64,000 bases of DNA from an uncultured Christensenellaceae bacterium (GTDB lineage: Bacteria; Bacillota; Clostridia; Christensenellales; UBA3700), in contig CALWHJ010000001.1 in assembly GCA_944380355.1 (NCBI GenBank), positions 214,739 through 278,738 on the forward strand, written 5' to 3'. Made by a program: the position numbers and the translations under genes. The notes beneath the pieces were generated by a model. The model was not told where the DNA came from, made no database searches, and was given only the letters and a program-made list of their open reading frames with translations. Of the stretch, positions 1 through 8,326 are shown one piece after another (positions within the stretch are counted from its first letter, which is position 1; each line of letters opens with the position of its first letter).

Positions 1-134
1 CTCATTACACGCTCCTAAACAATATACATAAATATTGTATCATATAACTTTATAAGAGTTTTACTTTAAGACGATGATAAAATTCCGATTGTTATGTTAT
101 AATAGTAATATTATCAGGACACAGTGCAACAACT

Positions 135-1178
135 ATGAAAACACACGCAAAAACTCACTCTTTAGACATTAAATGGTATTACTTCCTGTTTCTTACTTTA
201 GCAGGCATAATCAACGCTTTCGGCGTTGTACTCTTTCTCGCTCCTTGCGGATTGTATGACGGCGGTTTTTCCGGTACGTCCATACTTCTTTCGCAGGTAA
301 CGCCGCTGCATATGAGCGTATTCCTTGTAATACTCAATTTTCCTTTCTTCTTGTTGGGATTTAAGAAGCTCGGCGGAACTTTTATAATATATTCGTTGTT
401 TACCGTAACAGTTTATTCGCTGTTCTCGTTTTTGTTTCAGTCAATAATTCCTTTCGACTTCACCGACGGCTCGCCGATTGCAGGCTCGGATATGTTGCTC
501 TGCTCTATTTTCGGCGGTATCATTTCGGGTATAGGAAGCGGCCTTACGATACGTTTCGGAGGAGCGATAGACGGTGTTGAGGTACTTGCAGTTATGTTTG
601 CGAAAAAACTGGGATTGACGGTAGGTACTTTCGTAATGATTTTCAACGTAGTGCTTTACACGATAGCCGGACTTGTTACAAAGAGTTTTCACTCCCCGCT
701 TTATTCGGTACTCGCTTATGCCGTAGGCCTTAAAGCCGTTGACTTTATGATAGAAGGTTTCGACAAGGCAAAATCGGCTTATATCATCACCGAACACGAC
801 GAAGAAGTAGCTCAACAGCTGTCGAACGTTTTCGGAAGAGGTCTTACGTTGTTCAACGCAAGAGGATATTATTCGGACAGCGAAAAAACCGTCCTTTATT
901 GCGTAGTAAACAGATTTGAGATAAATCAGCTTAAAAGCATAGTATCGTCTATTGACGGGAATGCCTTTATCGTAGTCAATGACGTAACGGATACTTTGGG
1001 AAGCGCGCTAAAATACGAACGCGTACTGAAGAGAAGGTTCAATTCGAGGAAAAACCGTACAGAACTCGGCAACGTAATACCTCCCGAACTGCTTAAAGCC
1101 GCCGAAAGTCAAAACAATAAAGCGGATGACGGCGCAGATACTGTCCCCTCCAACGATAAACCCGACAAATCGGAATAA
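135..1178 (+). CDS. YitT-family integral membrane protein with DUF2179-like C-terminal domain
   Basis: 347-aa ORF. A polytopic hydrophobic N-terminal part (LAGIINAFGVVLFLAPCGLYDGGFSG) is followed by a soluble C-terminal domain, the typical YitT layout. A hairpin terminator follows. Confidence 0.75.
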   Translation: MKTHAKTHSLDIKWYYFLFLTLAGIINAFGVVLFLAPCGLYDGGFSGTSILLSQVTPLHMSVFLVILNFPFFLLGFKKLGGTFIIYSLFTVTVYSLFSFLFQSIIPFDFTDGSPIAGSDMLLCSIFGGIISGIGSGLTIRFGGAIDGVEVLAVMFAKKLGLTVGTFVMIFNVVLYTIAGLVTKSFHSPLYSVLAYAVGLKAVDFMIEGFDKAKSAYIITEHDEEVAQQLSNVFGRGLTLFNARGYYSDSEKTVLYCVVNRFEINQLKSIVSSIDGNAFIVVNDVTDTLGSALKYERVLKRRFNSRKNRTELGNVIPPELLKAAESQNNKADDGADTVPSNDKPDKSE

Positions 1179-1200
1179 AAAATTTGACCTTTGCATAAGC

Positions 1201-1230
1201 AAAAAGCGCGACTTGTATCGCGCTTTTTTA
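1201..1230. terminator. bidirectional intrinsic terminator between convergent genes
   Basis: Stem agcgcga/tcgcgct flanked by an A-run and a T-run (aaaaagcgcgacttgtatcgcgctttttt). Confidence 0.6.
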
Positions 1231-1244
1231 TGTTTGTTGATTTA

Positions 1245-2507
1245 TCAATAACATATATCCGGAGCGAGCTTTCTCTTGTATACGTCCTTACGGCATACCT
1301 CTACGTCTTCTATCTGAGTAAAGCTTTTGCTCTTATTGTTTTGAGAATCAAGAGCGTAAACTTTTATATCGTAAGTTCCCCTCTTTACGCCGTAAAGTCT
1401 GAGCGAAACTTTTCTCTCGCCGTATCTCGGCAAAAACTCTTCTCCCTTGTAAAAATCGCTGAAGTATGTTTGCGTAGTGCCGTCGCTGAATTCGAGAAGA
1501 TAGGAATGCACGAAATCTTCGTCCGCGCCCTCGGTAAACTCGACATAAGTCGCATTACCCTCTCTGTACCAGCTTCCGTAATCTTTTGGCATAACAGGCT
1601 CGCGCGGAAAATCGGGATTGTATATATTGTTTTTCGTTTTGTCTTTGCTCAGGTCGCAAGGAATGCTTATGCGCATATCGGCTTTTTGCTCTCTGCCGTC
1701 AAGCAGATTAATTCTCAATACGTCAATATTATCCTCTCCGAAATCGAGTATCAGCCCCATAGGCGCGACGTGCGCCAAAGGAGGCACGCTGCCGTTGACT
1801 TTACCTCTCTCCAGTTCGATATACGAAACGGACTGTGTATTGAAAACTCTGTACGTTCCGTTATAATAACTTCTCTCGTCCATAAGCGAATAGTGTGAGT
1901 GTCCCGCAAAGTCGACGACGTTTTTATACTTTGAAAATACGGCTCCCAGTGTTTCGTCACCCCAGTCGTCGCTTCCGTATACGGTGTCTTTTGGCGGATG
2001 GTGAGTAATTACGAATACGGGTTTTTCGGGTGCGTCTGCGACCGCTTCGGCAAGTTCTTTATCCAACAAGTCCGTAACCTTAGAATACGCCCTGTGAAGA
2101 CTGCAACAGTCGGGAGATACTCCTATAAAATGAAAACCGTTTATAACGTAATGAGTATACGGCTTTTGTCCCAGCTCTTTTTCAAAGAGCTTTCTGGCGG
2201 AAAATGCCCCGTAATAATCGTGATTGCCCATTACGCTTATCACCAAAGGCATATCCTCCCCAAACACCAATCGAAAGGCGTCTTTGTATCTTCTGTAAGC
2301 GTATTTGCTTGCAACGTTGCAGATATCGCCCGCAAACATAATAAGATTGCATTGCAGCTTTTTCAGAGTTTTAAGCGATTGTATGAGATTACGCTGATAA
2401 GTATTTACTTTGCCGTTGGCAAAAGGAGACAGCTGTGAATCGGATATTACTCCCGCCCTGAGCTTGCCCTCGATGCTAAACTCTTTTTTCTGCACTTGGA
2501 TTTGCAT
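1245..2507 (-). CDS. calcineurin-like metallophosphoesterase with C-terminal beta-sandwich-like extension
   Basis: 420-aa ORF with metallophosphoesterase motif series (ISDSQ, FAGD, GNHDYY, ITHHPP, GHSH). Its start lies 1 nt downstream of the stop of the upstream symporter gene. Confidence 0.75.
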   Translation of the reverse strand: MQIQVQKKEFSIEGKLRAGVISDSQLSPFANGKVNTYQRNLIQSLKTLKKLQCNLIMFAGDICNVASKYAYRRYKDAFRLVFGEDMPLVISVMGNHDYYGAFSARKLFEKELGQKPYTHYVINGFHFIGVSPDCCSLHRAYSKVTDLLDKELAEAVADAPEKPVFVITHHPPKDTVYGSDDWGDETLGAVFSKYKNVVDFAGHSHYSLMDERSYYNGTYRVFNTQSVSYIELERGKVNGSVPPLAHVAPMGLILDFGEDNIDVLRINLLDGREQKADMRISIPCDLSKDKTKNNIYNPDFPREPVMPKDYGSWYREGNATYVEFTEGADEDFVHSYLLEFSDGTTQTYFSDFYKGEEFLPRYGERKVSLRLYGVKRGTYDIKVYALDSQNNKSKSFTQIEDVEVCRKDVYKRKLAPDICY

Positions 2508-2508
2508 A

Positions 2509-3897
2509 TTACACCTCCGCCTTTACAGCTTCGCCGGATACGGCATTGCGTCTGCAATCCAAATCGCAAAGTATTTTCTTTTTCTTCTCCCCCGTATAAT
2601 CGTAAAACGCCATAGGTATGAGCGAAAGCGCAAAGCCTATCGCAGGTACGAGGGTTGCCATAGCAAACATACCCGTGGTCGTAAACTCCGACTGCGCTTC
2701 TATCGCGCCCGACTCGCTGGGCTGAACGAATTTGACGAGAATAAGTCCGAGCATTACTCCGAAAGCTCCAACCGCGTTGTTGAACTTAGTAACAAACGAG
2801 TTGAGCGAAAAACATATACCTTCCATTCTCTCGCCCGTCTTCCACTCGAGGTAGTCAAGGCTGTCGCCTACCATAGGGTAAGGCAAAGTATTGTATGCCC
2901 CTAGTCCCAGTCCGCCTATAGCCATAAACGGAAGAGCAAGATAGATATTGAACATTCCGACCAAAAAGCTCGCGCCCAAAGCCAGCGCGCCTATCGCGCC
3001 GAAAATAAGGCTTGTCTTTTTGTATCCTATACGCTTGTAACTTACAGGCGTAAGCAGTATACCTCCGAACATTCCCGCACCTACTACGGCATAAAGAATG
3101 AGCAAGACCGTACCCGAAGACAGCCCGGGGATATGTACTACGTAGGTCGCGATATAAATAGCTATTACCATTATCATATATCTTGTCGAAGCCAACATCG
3201 AAGTCAGCAATGCAAGCGTCATAGGTTTGTTTTTTGCGACTACTTTGAACATCTCGCTGATTTTTATTTTTTCCGTCTTTGTCGAGAATCTCTCCTTACT
3301 GTGTCTGTAGAGATAGGTGTATGCTATAAAGGTCAGTACGCCTACGATTGCCGATATGGCAAAGTATACCCACTTCTCGGGGATAAACATCTGCAACACA
3401 AACAGCATTGCCGCGGGCAGTAATCCGCCTATCGAGCCTACAGCCACATAGAAAGACGAAAGCGACGCTCTCTCGTCCTTGTCGGGCGTAGCTACGCTGA
3501 GCATACCCATAGCAGGCACGTCAACAAACGTATATGCCAGACCGAAACCGACGTACATAACTACGGCAAAAATACTTCTCCATACCAGCGAACCGCCTAC
3601 GGGATAAAACATAAATACCGTAACTATTCCAATAAAAAATGCGCCGATCTGAACATAGGGACGCATCTTACCTTTTTTTGTGTTTGTCTTGTCAACGATA
3701 ATACCCATCATAGGGTCGGTACACATATCCAGCACTCTGCCTATAATCATAAGTACCAAAATAAATACGGGCGTAACCATAATAATATTCGTAAGATAAT
3801 AATTGACGTAGGACGAAACTATATTTGCTACCATATAGCTTCCCACGCCTGCAAACCCGTATGCAAACTTTTCTTTTCCTTTTACGTATGCGGACAT
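2509..3897 (-). CDS. GPH-family (MelB/MFSD2-like) glycoside-pentoside-hexuronide:cation symporter
   Basis: 462-aa 12-TM-like ORF with the GPH signature region (DMCTDPMMGIIVDKTNTKKGKMRPY). Confidence 0.8.
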   Translation of the reverse strand: MSAYVKGKEKFAYGFAGVGSYMVANIVSSYVNYYLTNIIMVTPVFILVLMIIGRVLDMCTDPMMGIIVDKTNTKKGKMRPYVQIGAFFIGIVTVFMFYPVGGSLVWRSIFAVVMYVGFGLAYTFVDVPAMGMLSVATPDKDERASLSSFYVAVGSIGGLLPAAMLFVLQMFIPEKWVYFAISAIVGVLTFIAYTYLYRHSKERFSTKTEKIKISEMFKVVAKNKPMTLALLTSMLASTRYMIMVIAIYIATYVVHIPGLSSGTVLLILYAVVGAGMFGGILLTPVSYKRIGYKKTSLIFGAIGALALGASFLVGMFNIYLALPFMAIGGLGLGAYNTLPYPMVGDSLDYLEWKTGERMEGICFSLNSFVTKFNNAVGAFGVMLGLILVKFVQPSESGAIEAQSEFTTTGMFAMATLVPAIGFALSLIPMAFYDYTGEKKKKILCDLDCRRNAVSGEAVKAEV

Positions 3898-3965
3898 ATA
3901 TTTCTCCTTTTCTTTTGTTTCACCTCAATTATAGGCTGTGACATTTTTACGTACAAGCGGTAGTT

Positions 3966-3991
3966 TGTAAGCGAATTGTAAAAAAACTGTA
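3966..3991. promoter_or_regulatory. three TGTAA direct repeats at 11/10-bp phasing (candidate OmpR-family response-regulator site)
   Basis: tgtaagcgaat tgtaaaaaaac tgtaagcg, with repeats starting at 3966, 3977 and 3987. The site lies in the divergent region between the symporter operon and the two-component system. Confidence 0.3.
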
Positions 3992-4145
3992 AGCGTAGAA
4001 ATGCGATTTTACTTGTAGAGTAATATATATTGATATTATAAAAATTTTGAATAATATATTTAATCTTTTATCATATTCATACGTTTGTACGATTGAAAAA
4101 TTTATAGTACAATAAAACTGTAAATACTCTCTTTGCGAGGTAGTT

Positions 4146-4808
4146 ATGAACGAATTACTTTATATCATCGAAGACGACGAAGGCGTACAGGAAGTGTACG
4201 AAAGTGCGTTTGAAGATTTTTACAATCTCAAAATTTTCTCCAACGGCAAGGACTTCTTCGAAGCCTTTAATCTTGAAAAGCCCGATTTGATTATTGTCGA
4301 CATTATGCTTCCCGATATGGACGGATACAAGATAATCTCGGATATCCGTCAGCGCGACGAACGCATTCCTATCATCGTGGTATCCGCTAAGACTGACGAG
4401 CTGAGTTTCGTCAAAGGTCTCAACAAGGGCGCGGACGATTATATGGCAAAACCTTTTTCCGTAATGGAATTGCTTGCACGCGTAAAAGCAGGTCTTAGAA
4501 GAAGCAAGCTTTTAGTAAAACATCAGGGAGATTTCGTCATCGACAAAAACAATTTCAGAATACTCTATAAGGATAAAAACCTTCAGCTTACTCCCAAGGA
4601 ATACAAACTGTTTTCTTATATGCTTTCCTGCAACGGCAGAACGATTACCCGCGAAGAGTTGTTCAAGGAAGTATGGGGTGACGAATTCATTGGCGAAACG
4701 CGTACGATAGATATGCATATCGCCGAATTGAGAATCAAGCTTTCCGACGCAGGCGCGGACAACGTAATACAGACTGTACGCGGCATAGGATACAAAGTAG
4801 AATCGTGA
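4146..4808 (+). CDS. OmpR/PhoB-family response regulator
   Basis: 220-aa ORF. The receiver domain has acidic pocket EDDE and phospho-Asp context LIIVDIMLPDMDG. The C-terminal winged-helix domain contains RTIDMHIAELRIKL and VRGIGYK. Confidence 0.9.
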   Translation: MNELLYIIEDDEGVQEVYESAFEDFYNLKIFSNGKDFFEAFNLEKPDLIIVDIMLPDMDGYKIISDIRQRDERIPIIVVSAKTDELSFVKGLNKGADDYMAKPFSVMELLARVKAGLRRSKLLVKHQGDFVIDKNNFRILYKDKNLQLTPKEYKLFSYMLSCNGRTITREELFKEVWGDEFIGETRTIDMHIAELRIKLSDAGADNVIQTVRGIGYKVES

Positions 4809-6514
4809 AAAAGCGACTTGTAATTCAAAGTTTTATCATTACGCTTATTGTGCTGATTGCGGTGTTTATCGCATCGGTATGTACTTTTTATTATATTCAG
4901 CAACAAAAACTCAAAGAAACGCTCGTCAGTCAGACTCAGCTTATAAAAACGCTTTACGAGGAAAACCCTCAAGCTCTTTTTTCTCTTTCACTTCCCGATA
5001 CGAGAATTACCGTAATTTCGCTCGAAGGTGACGTGCTCTTTGACAGCTCTAAGGAAAATACCGAGGACTTCGACAACCACATCTCAAGAGAAGAGATTGT
5101 CGCCGCTCTCAACGGCTCCCCCGAAGTCGTGAAAAGATATTCCGACACTCTCAAGCGAAATATGTTCTATTATGCCCTGACCGCCCAAAGCGCAGACTCC
5201 GAGCAAGTGCTGCTTCGTGTAGCGAAACCCGAAAGCAACGTGTGGTCGTACACGGGTACGGGAATTATCTATATCTGCATAGGCATAATTTTTGCCGTGG
5301 TCGTTTCCTATCTGCTAGCCCAAAGACTTTCTGACAAAGTCAATTCTCAACTTAAGTATTTGCAAGACAACCTCAGAAGCATCAACAGCGGTGATTACAC
5401 CGCTATTACCCCTCCCGACAAGGACGCACTCAATCTGTCAATATTGAGCGAAATGAACGAGATTGTCAAAAACCTGCAAAGAAGTTATGACGGAATGCAG
5501 AACGAAAAAACCAAGCTTTACAATATAATAGACAATATGACTCAAGGCGTAATCGTAACGGACGCCGAAGGAAAAGTTACTCTCATCAACAAAGTCGCAT
5601 CTTCCCTCTTCGGTGCGAAAGAAAATTTGACTGCGCTCAAAGACGTGTTTGACGACGAAAATCTTTTCGATGCCGTTTCGCTGGCTTTAACTGAAAAGAC
5701 CTCTTCCCCTATAGAATACGTATACAAAGACAAAGACCTCGCAATCAACACTTTCTCCATTGCCCTAAGCGGTACGGAGGACAAGCAAAACGTAATACTC
5801 ATAAGCGACGTCAGCAAGGAAAAAGAACTTTCAAGGCAAAAGAGCGTATTCTTTGCCAACGCATCGCACGAATTGAAGACTCCTTTGACTTCCGTGCAAG
5901 GCCTTAGCGAAAGTCTTCTTGCGCGTATGGACGAAAATTCTCCCTATTTCAAATATCTCAAAAGGATTTATACCGAAAGCGTGCGTCTTCATAACATAGT
6001 TATGGATATGCTGTACATAAGCAAACTCGAATCCAAAAACATTGACCGAAGCCACGAAGCCGTCAGTCTTAAAAAAGTCGTCGAGGACTCGCTTTTGAGT
6101 TATGCCACCGAAGCCGAAGAAAAATCCCTTAAGATAACTTCCGAGGGTGAAGCCGTAGTATCGGGAGACTATCACAACCTGTACGAACTGATAAACAATC
6201 TCATAGGCAATGCCGTACACTATAACAAACAAGGCGGCAGCATCGAGATATCACTCGGTCAAACACAAAACGAATGCACAATCCGCATAAGCGATACGGG
6301 CATAGGCATTGCCCCCGAACACATACCTCATATCTGCGAAAGATTTTACCGCGTTGACAAAAGCCGCTCTAAGAGTACGGGAGGCACGGGACTGGGACTT
6401 GCTATCGTCAAACACATAGTAATGCTCTACAACGGAAAACTGGATATAGAAAGCACTTTAGGAAAAGGCACCGTCGTATCCGTCGTTTTGCCTTGCGACG
6501 TAAACAACGTCTGA
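4805..6514 (+). CDS. sensor histidine kinase (two TM segments, PAS-like, HisKA, HATPase_c)
   Basis: 569-aa ORF with GTG start overlapping the regulator stop. It carries an H-box (FFANASHELKTPLT), an N-box (IGNAVHYN) and G-boxes (DTGIGI, GGTGLGLAIV). Confidence 0.9.
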   Translation: MKKRLVIQSFIITLIVLIAVFIASVCTFYYIQQQKLKETLVSQTQLIKTLYEENPQALFSLSLPDTRITVISLEGDVLFDSSKENTEDFDNHISREEIVAALNGSPEVVKRYSDTLKRNMFYYALTAQSADSEQVLLRVAKPESNVWSYTGTGIIYICIGIIFAVVVSYLLAQRLSDKVNSQLKYLQDNLRSINSGDYTAITPPDKDALNLSILSEMNEIVKNLQRSYDGMQNEKTKLYNIIDNMTQGVIVTDAEGKVTLINKVASSLFGAKENLTALKDVFDDENLFDAVSLALTEKTSSPIEYVYKDKDLAINTFSIALSGTEDKQNVILISDVSKEKELSRQKSVFFANASHELKTPLTSVQGLSESLLARMDENSPYFKYLKRIYTESVRLHNIVMDMLYISKLESKNIDRSHEAVSLKKVVEDSLLSYATEAEEKSLKITSEGEAVVSGDYHNLYELINNLIGNAVHYNKQGGSIEISLGQTQNECTIRISDTGIGIAPEHIPHICERFYRVDKSRSKSTGGTGLGLAIVKHIVMLYNGKLDIESTLGKGTVVSVVLPCDVNNV

Positions 6515-6629
6515 CTTTAAATCCTAAAAATTGAATAATTAAATCTTCTCGATATTTATCAATAATAATTCACTGATAATTAAACTCCCCTGCCAAACGG
6601 GCGGTTTAACAATTTAATTGTGATAAAAT

Positions 6630-6667
6630 AAAAACGGCAGAGATAACTCTCCGCCGTATTTTGTTTT
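6630..6667. terminator. intrinsic terminator between convergent kinase and luxS genes
   Basis: Stem acggcagag/ctctccgccgt followed by attttgtttt and preceded by an A-run. Confidence 0.5.
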
Positions 6668-6681
6668 GATTGTATTTTATT

Positions 6682-7110
6682 TTATTTGCTCAACAACACG
6701 TCGAGGTATGCCTTTATCTCTTTTTTAGCTCCCTCCAAATCGTGTTCCCTGTAATTGCCGCACTCGATAGGCTTAGTACCGGGTACATAGTCAAGCTCAA
6801 GACATTTTTTCAAACACTCGATTGTTATCTTTAGCGCTTCTTGTTCCTGCGTTTTATACAAGAGAAGATAGCAACCCGTCCTGCAGCCCATAGGTCCGAA
6901 GTACACTACTTTGTCCTTTATCTCGCTGTTACGGATTACCACGGCGAAAAGATGCTCTATCGAATGAAGCGCGGCATAAGAGATATAATCTCCCTTGTTG
7001 GGATACTTAAAACGCATATCGTAAGTATATACCCCGTTTGCCTCGCCAAGACAGTAAAATCCGGGAGTCATAGTGTTGTGGTCGAGTTCGAAAGATTTTA
7101 TATTATCCAT
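6682..7110 (-). CDS. luxS: S-ribosylhomocysteine lyase
   Basis: 142-aa ORF with the LuxS metal-site motifs HSIEHL and GCRTG in the expected spacing. Confidence 0.9.
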   Translation of the reverse strand: MDNIKSFELDHNTMTPGFYCLGEANGVYTYDMRFKYPNKGDYISYAALHSIEHLFAVVIRNSEIKDKVVYFGPMGCRTGCYLLLYKTQEQEALKITIECLKKCLELDYVPGTKPIECGNYREHDLEGAKKEIKAYLDVLLSK

Positions 7111-7127
7111 AATATACCGTGTTTTCC

Positions 7128-8048
7128 TTATGCCTTATAGAGTTCCGTCGAAAGGTATCTGCTTCCGCTGTCGGGAAGTACCGTAACGATGTTTTTGCCT
7201 TCAGTCTCTTTTGCTATTCTTATAGCCGCGTCAAGATTTGCTCCCGCGGATATGCCCGCCAAAAGTCCCTCCGTCATAGCCAGCTCTCGCGCCATCTCGT
7301 AAGCCGCATCGTTGTCGACCGTCATAAATTCGTCTATTACGCTCTTATCCAAAAGCGCGGGGACAAAATTTGCACCTATGCCCTGTATGGCGTGAGGTCC
7401 CGCGTGTCCCTGTGTTACCAAAGGAGATGCCGAAGGCTCTACCGCAACAACTTTGACGTTCTTGTTTTTGCCCTTTAAGAACTTGCCCGTACCGCTAACC
7501 GTACCGCCTGTGCCGAAAGATGCAACGAATACGTCGATTTTGCCCTCGAGGTCCTTCCATATCTCCTCGCCCGTAGTCTTTACGTGCGCCAAAGAATTTG
7601 CGGGATTGTCAAATTGAGATGCGATTATTGAATTGGGAATTTCTCTGTTGAGTTCCTCGGCTTTTGATATCGTGCCTGCCATTCCGAGTTGACCTTTCGT
7701 CAACACTACCTGAGCACCGTACGCGCTTATGAGTTTTCTTCTCTCGACGCTCATAGTCTCAGGCATTACGACTATCATTTTGAATCCCTTGACGGCACAC
7801 AGCATAGCAAGTCCTATGCCAGTATTACCCGACGTAGGCTCGATTACCGTACCGCCCTCTTTGAGTCTGCCCGACGCTATCGCGTCCTCGAGCATAAACA
7901 AAGAAGCTCTGTCTTTTACCGACCCCGAAGGATTGAGGAATTCTGCCTTTGCGTATATATCGCTTTTGAGATTGTATTTTTTCTTTATTCCGTCCAGTTT
8001 CATAAGCGGCGTATCGCCTACGAGCTGAGCTACGCTGTTATATATCAT
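7128..8048 (-). CDS. cysK: PLP-dependent cysteine synthase family enzyme (CysK, or MccA-type OAS-dependent cystathionine beta-synthase)
   Basis: Motifs NPSGSVKDR (PLP lysine), TSGNTG and GTGGT are present. I place the start at the ATG at 8048 (MIYNS) because GAGG lies 6 nt upstream. The track ORF begins at a GTG at 8060. Confidence 0.85.
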   Translation of the reverse strand: MIYNSVAQLVGDTPLMKLDGIKKKYNLKSDIYAKAEFLNPSGSVKDRASLFMLEDAIASGRLKEGGTVIEPTSGNTGIGLAMLCAVKGFKMIVVMPETMSVERRKLISAYGAQVVLTKGQLGMAGTISKAEELNREIPNSIIASQFDNPANSLAHVKTTGEEIWKDLEGKIDVFVASFGTGGTVSGTGKFLKGKNKNVKVVAVEPSASPLVTQGHAGPHAIQGIGANFVPALLDKSVIDEFMTVDNDAAYEMARELAMTEGLLAGISAGANLDAAIRIAKETEGKNIVTVLPDSGSRYLSTELYKA

Positions 8049-8079
8049 ACTCTGCCTCACGGATTGTTTTTATACGCTT

Positions 8080-8108
8080 ATTTTACTACACATATAAACC
8101 GTTGTCAA
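8080..8108 (-). promoter_or_regulatory. sigma-70-type promoter of the cysK-luxS operon
   Basis: On the minus strand, TTGACA, a 17-nt spacer, then TAAAAT. This leaves only a short leader, so there is no room for a riboswitch. Confidence 0.5.
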
Positions 8109-8182
8109 TTATGATGATTTTGACTTTTCAGGAAAATATTGTAACCCGACGTCTTAATTTTTTGCAACGCGTCGGTATATGA

Positions 8183-8219
8183 GTAATACGTTACTTATTT
8201 TTGCGTAATGCGTTACTTA
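8183..8219. promoter_or_regulatory. 15-bp direct repeat pair (candidate transcription-factor site)
   Basis: gtaatacgttactta (8183-8197) and gtaatgcgttactta (8205-8219). The starts are 22 bp apart, between the divergent promoters. Confidence 0.3.
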
Positions 8220-8267
8220 ATTTATGTACTTCAAAATGGTTATATTCGTCAAAAAGCTCAAGTTAGG

Positions 8268-8296
8268 TTGACACGCCCTATGCGATTTTATATAAT
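8268..8296 (+). promoter_or_regulatory. consensus sigma-70 promoter for the 8327 symporter operon
   Basis: TTGACA (8268-8273), a 17-nt spacer, then TATAAT (8291-8296). Confidence 0.6.
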
Positions 8297-8326
8297 GAAT
8301 TTGAACAACATAACAAAGGGGTAATT

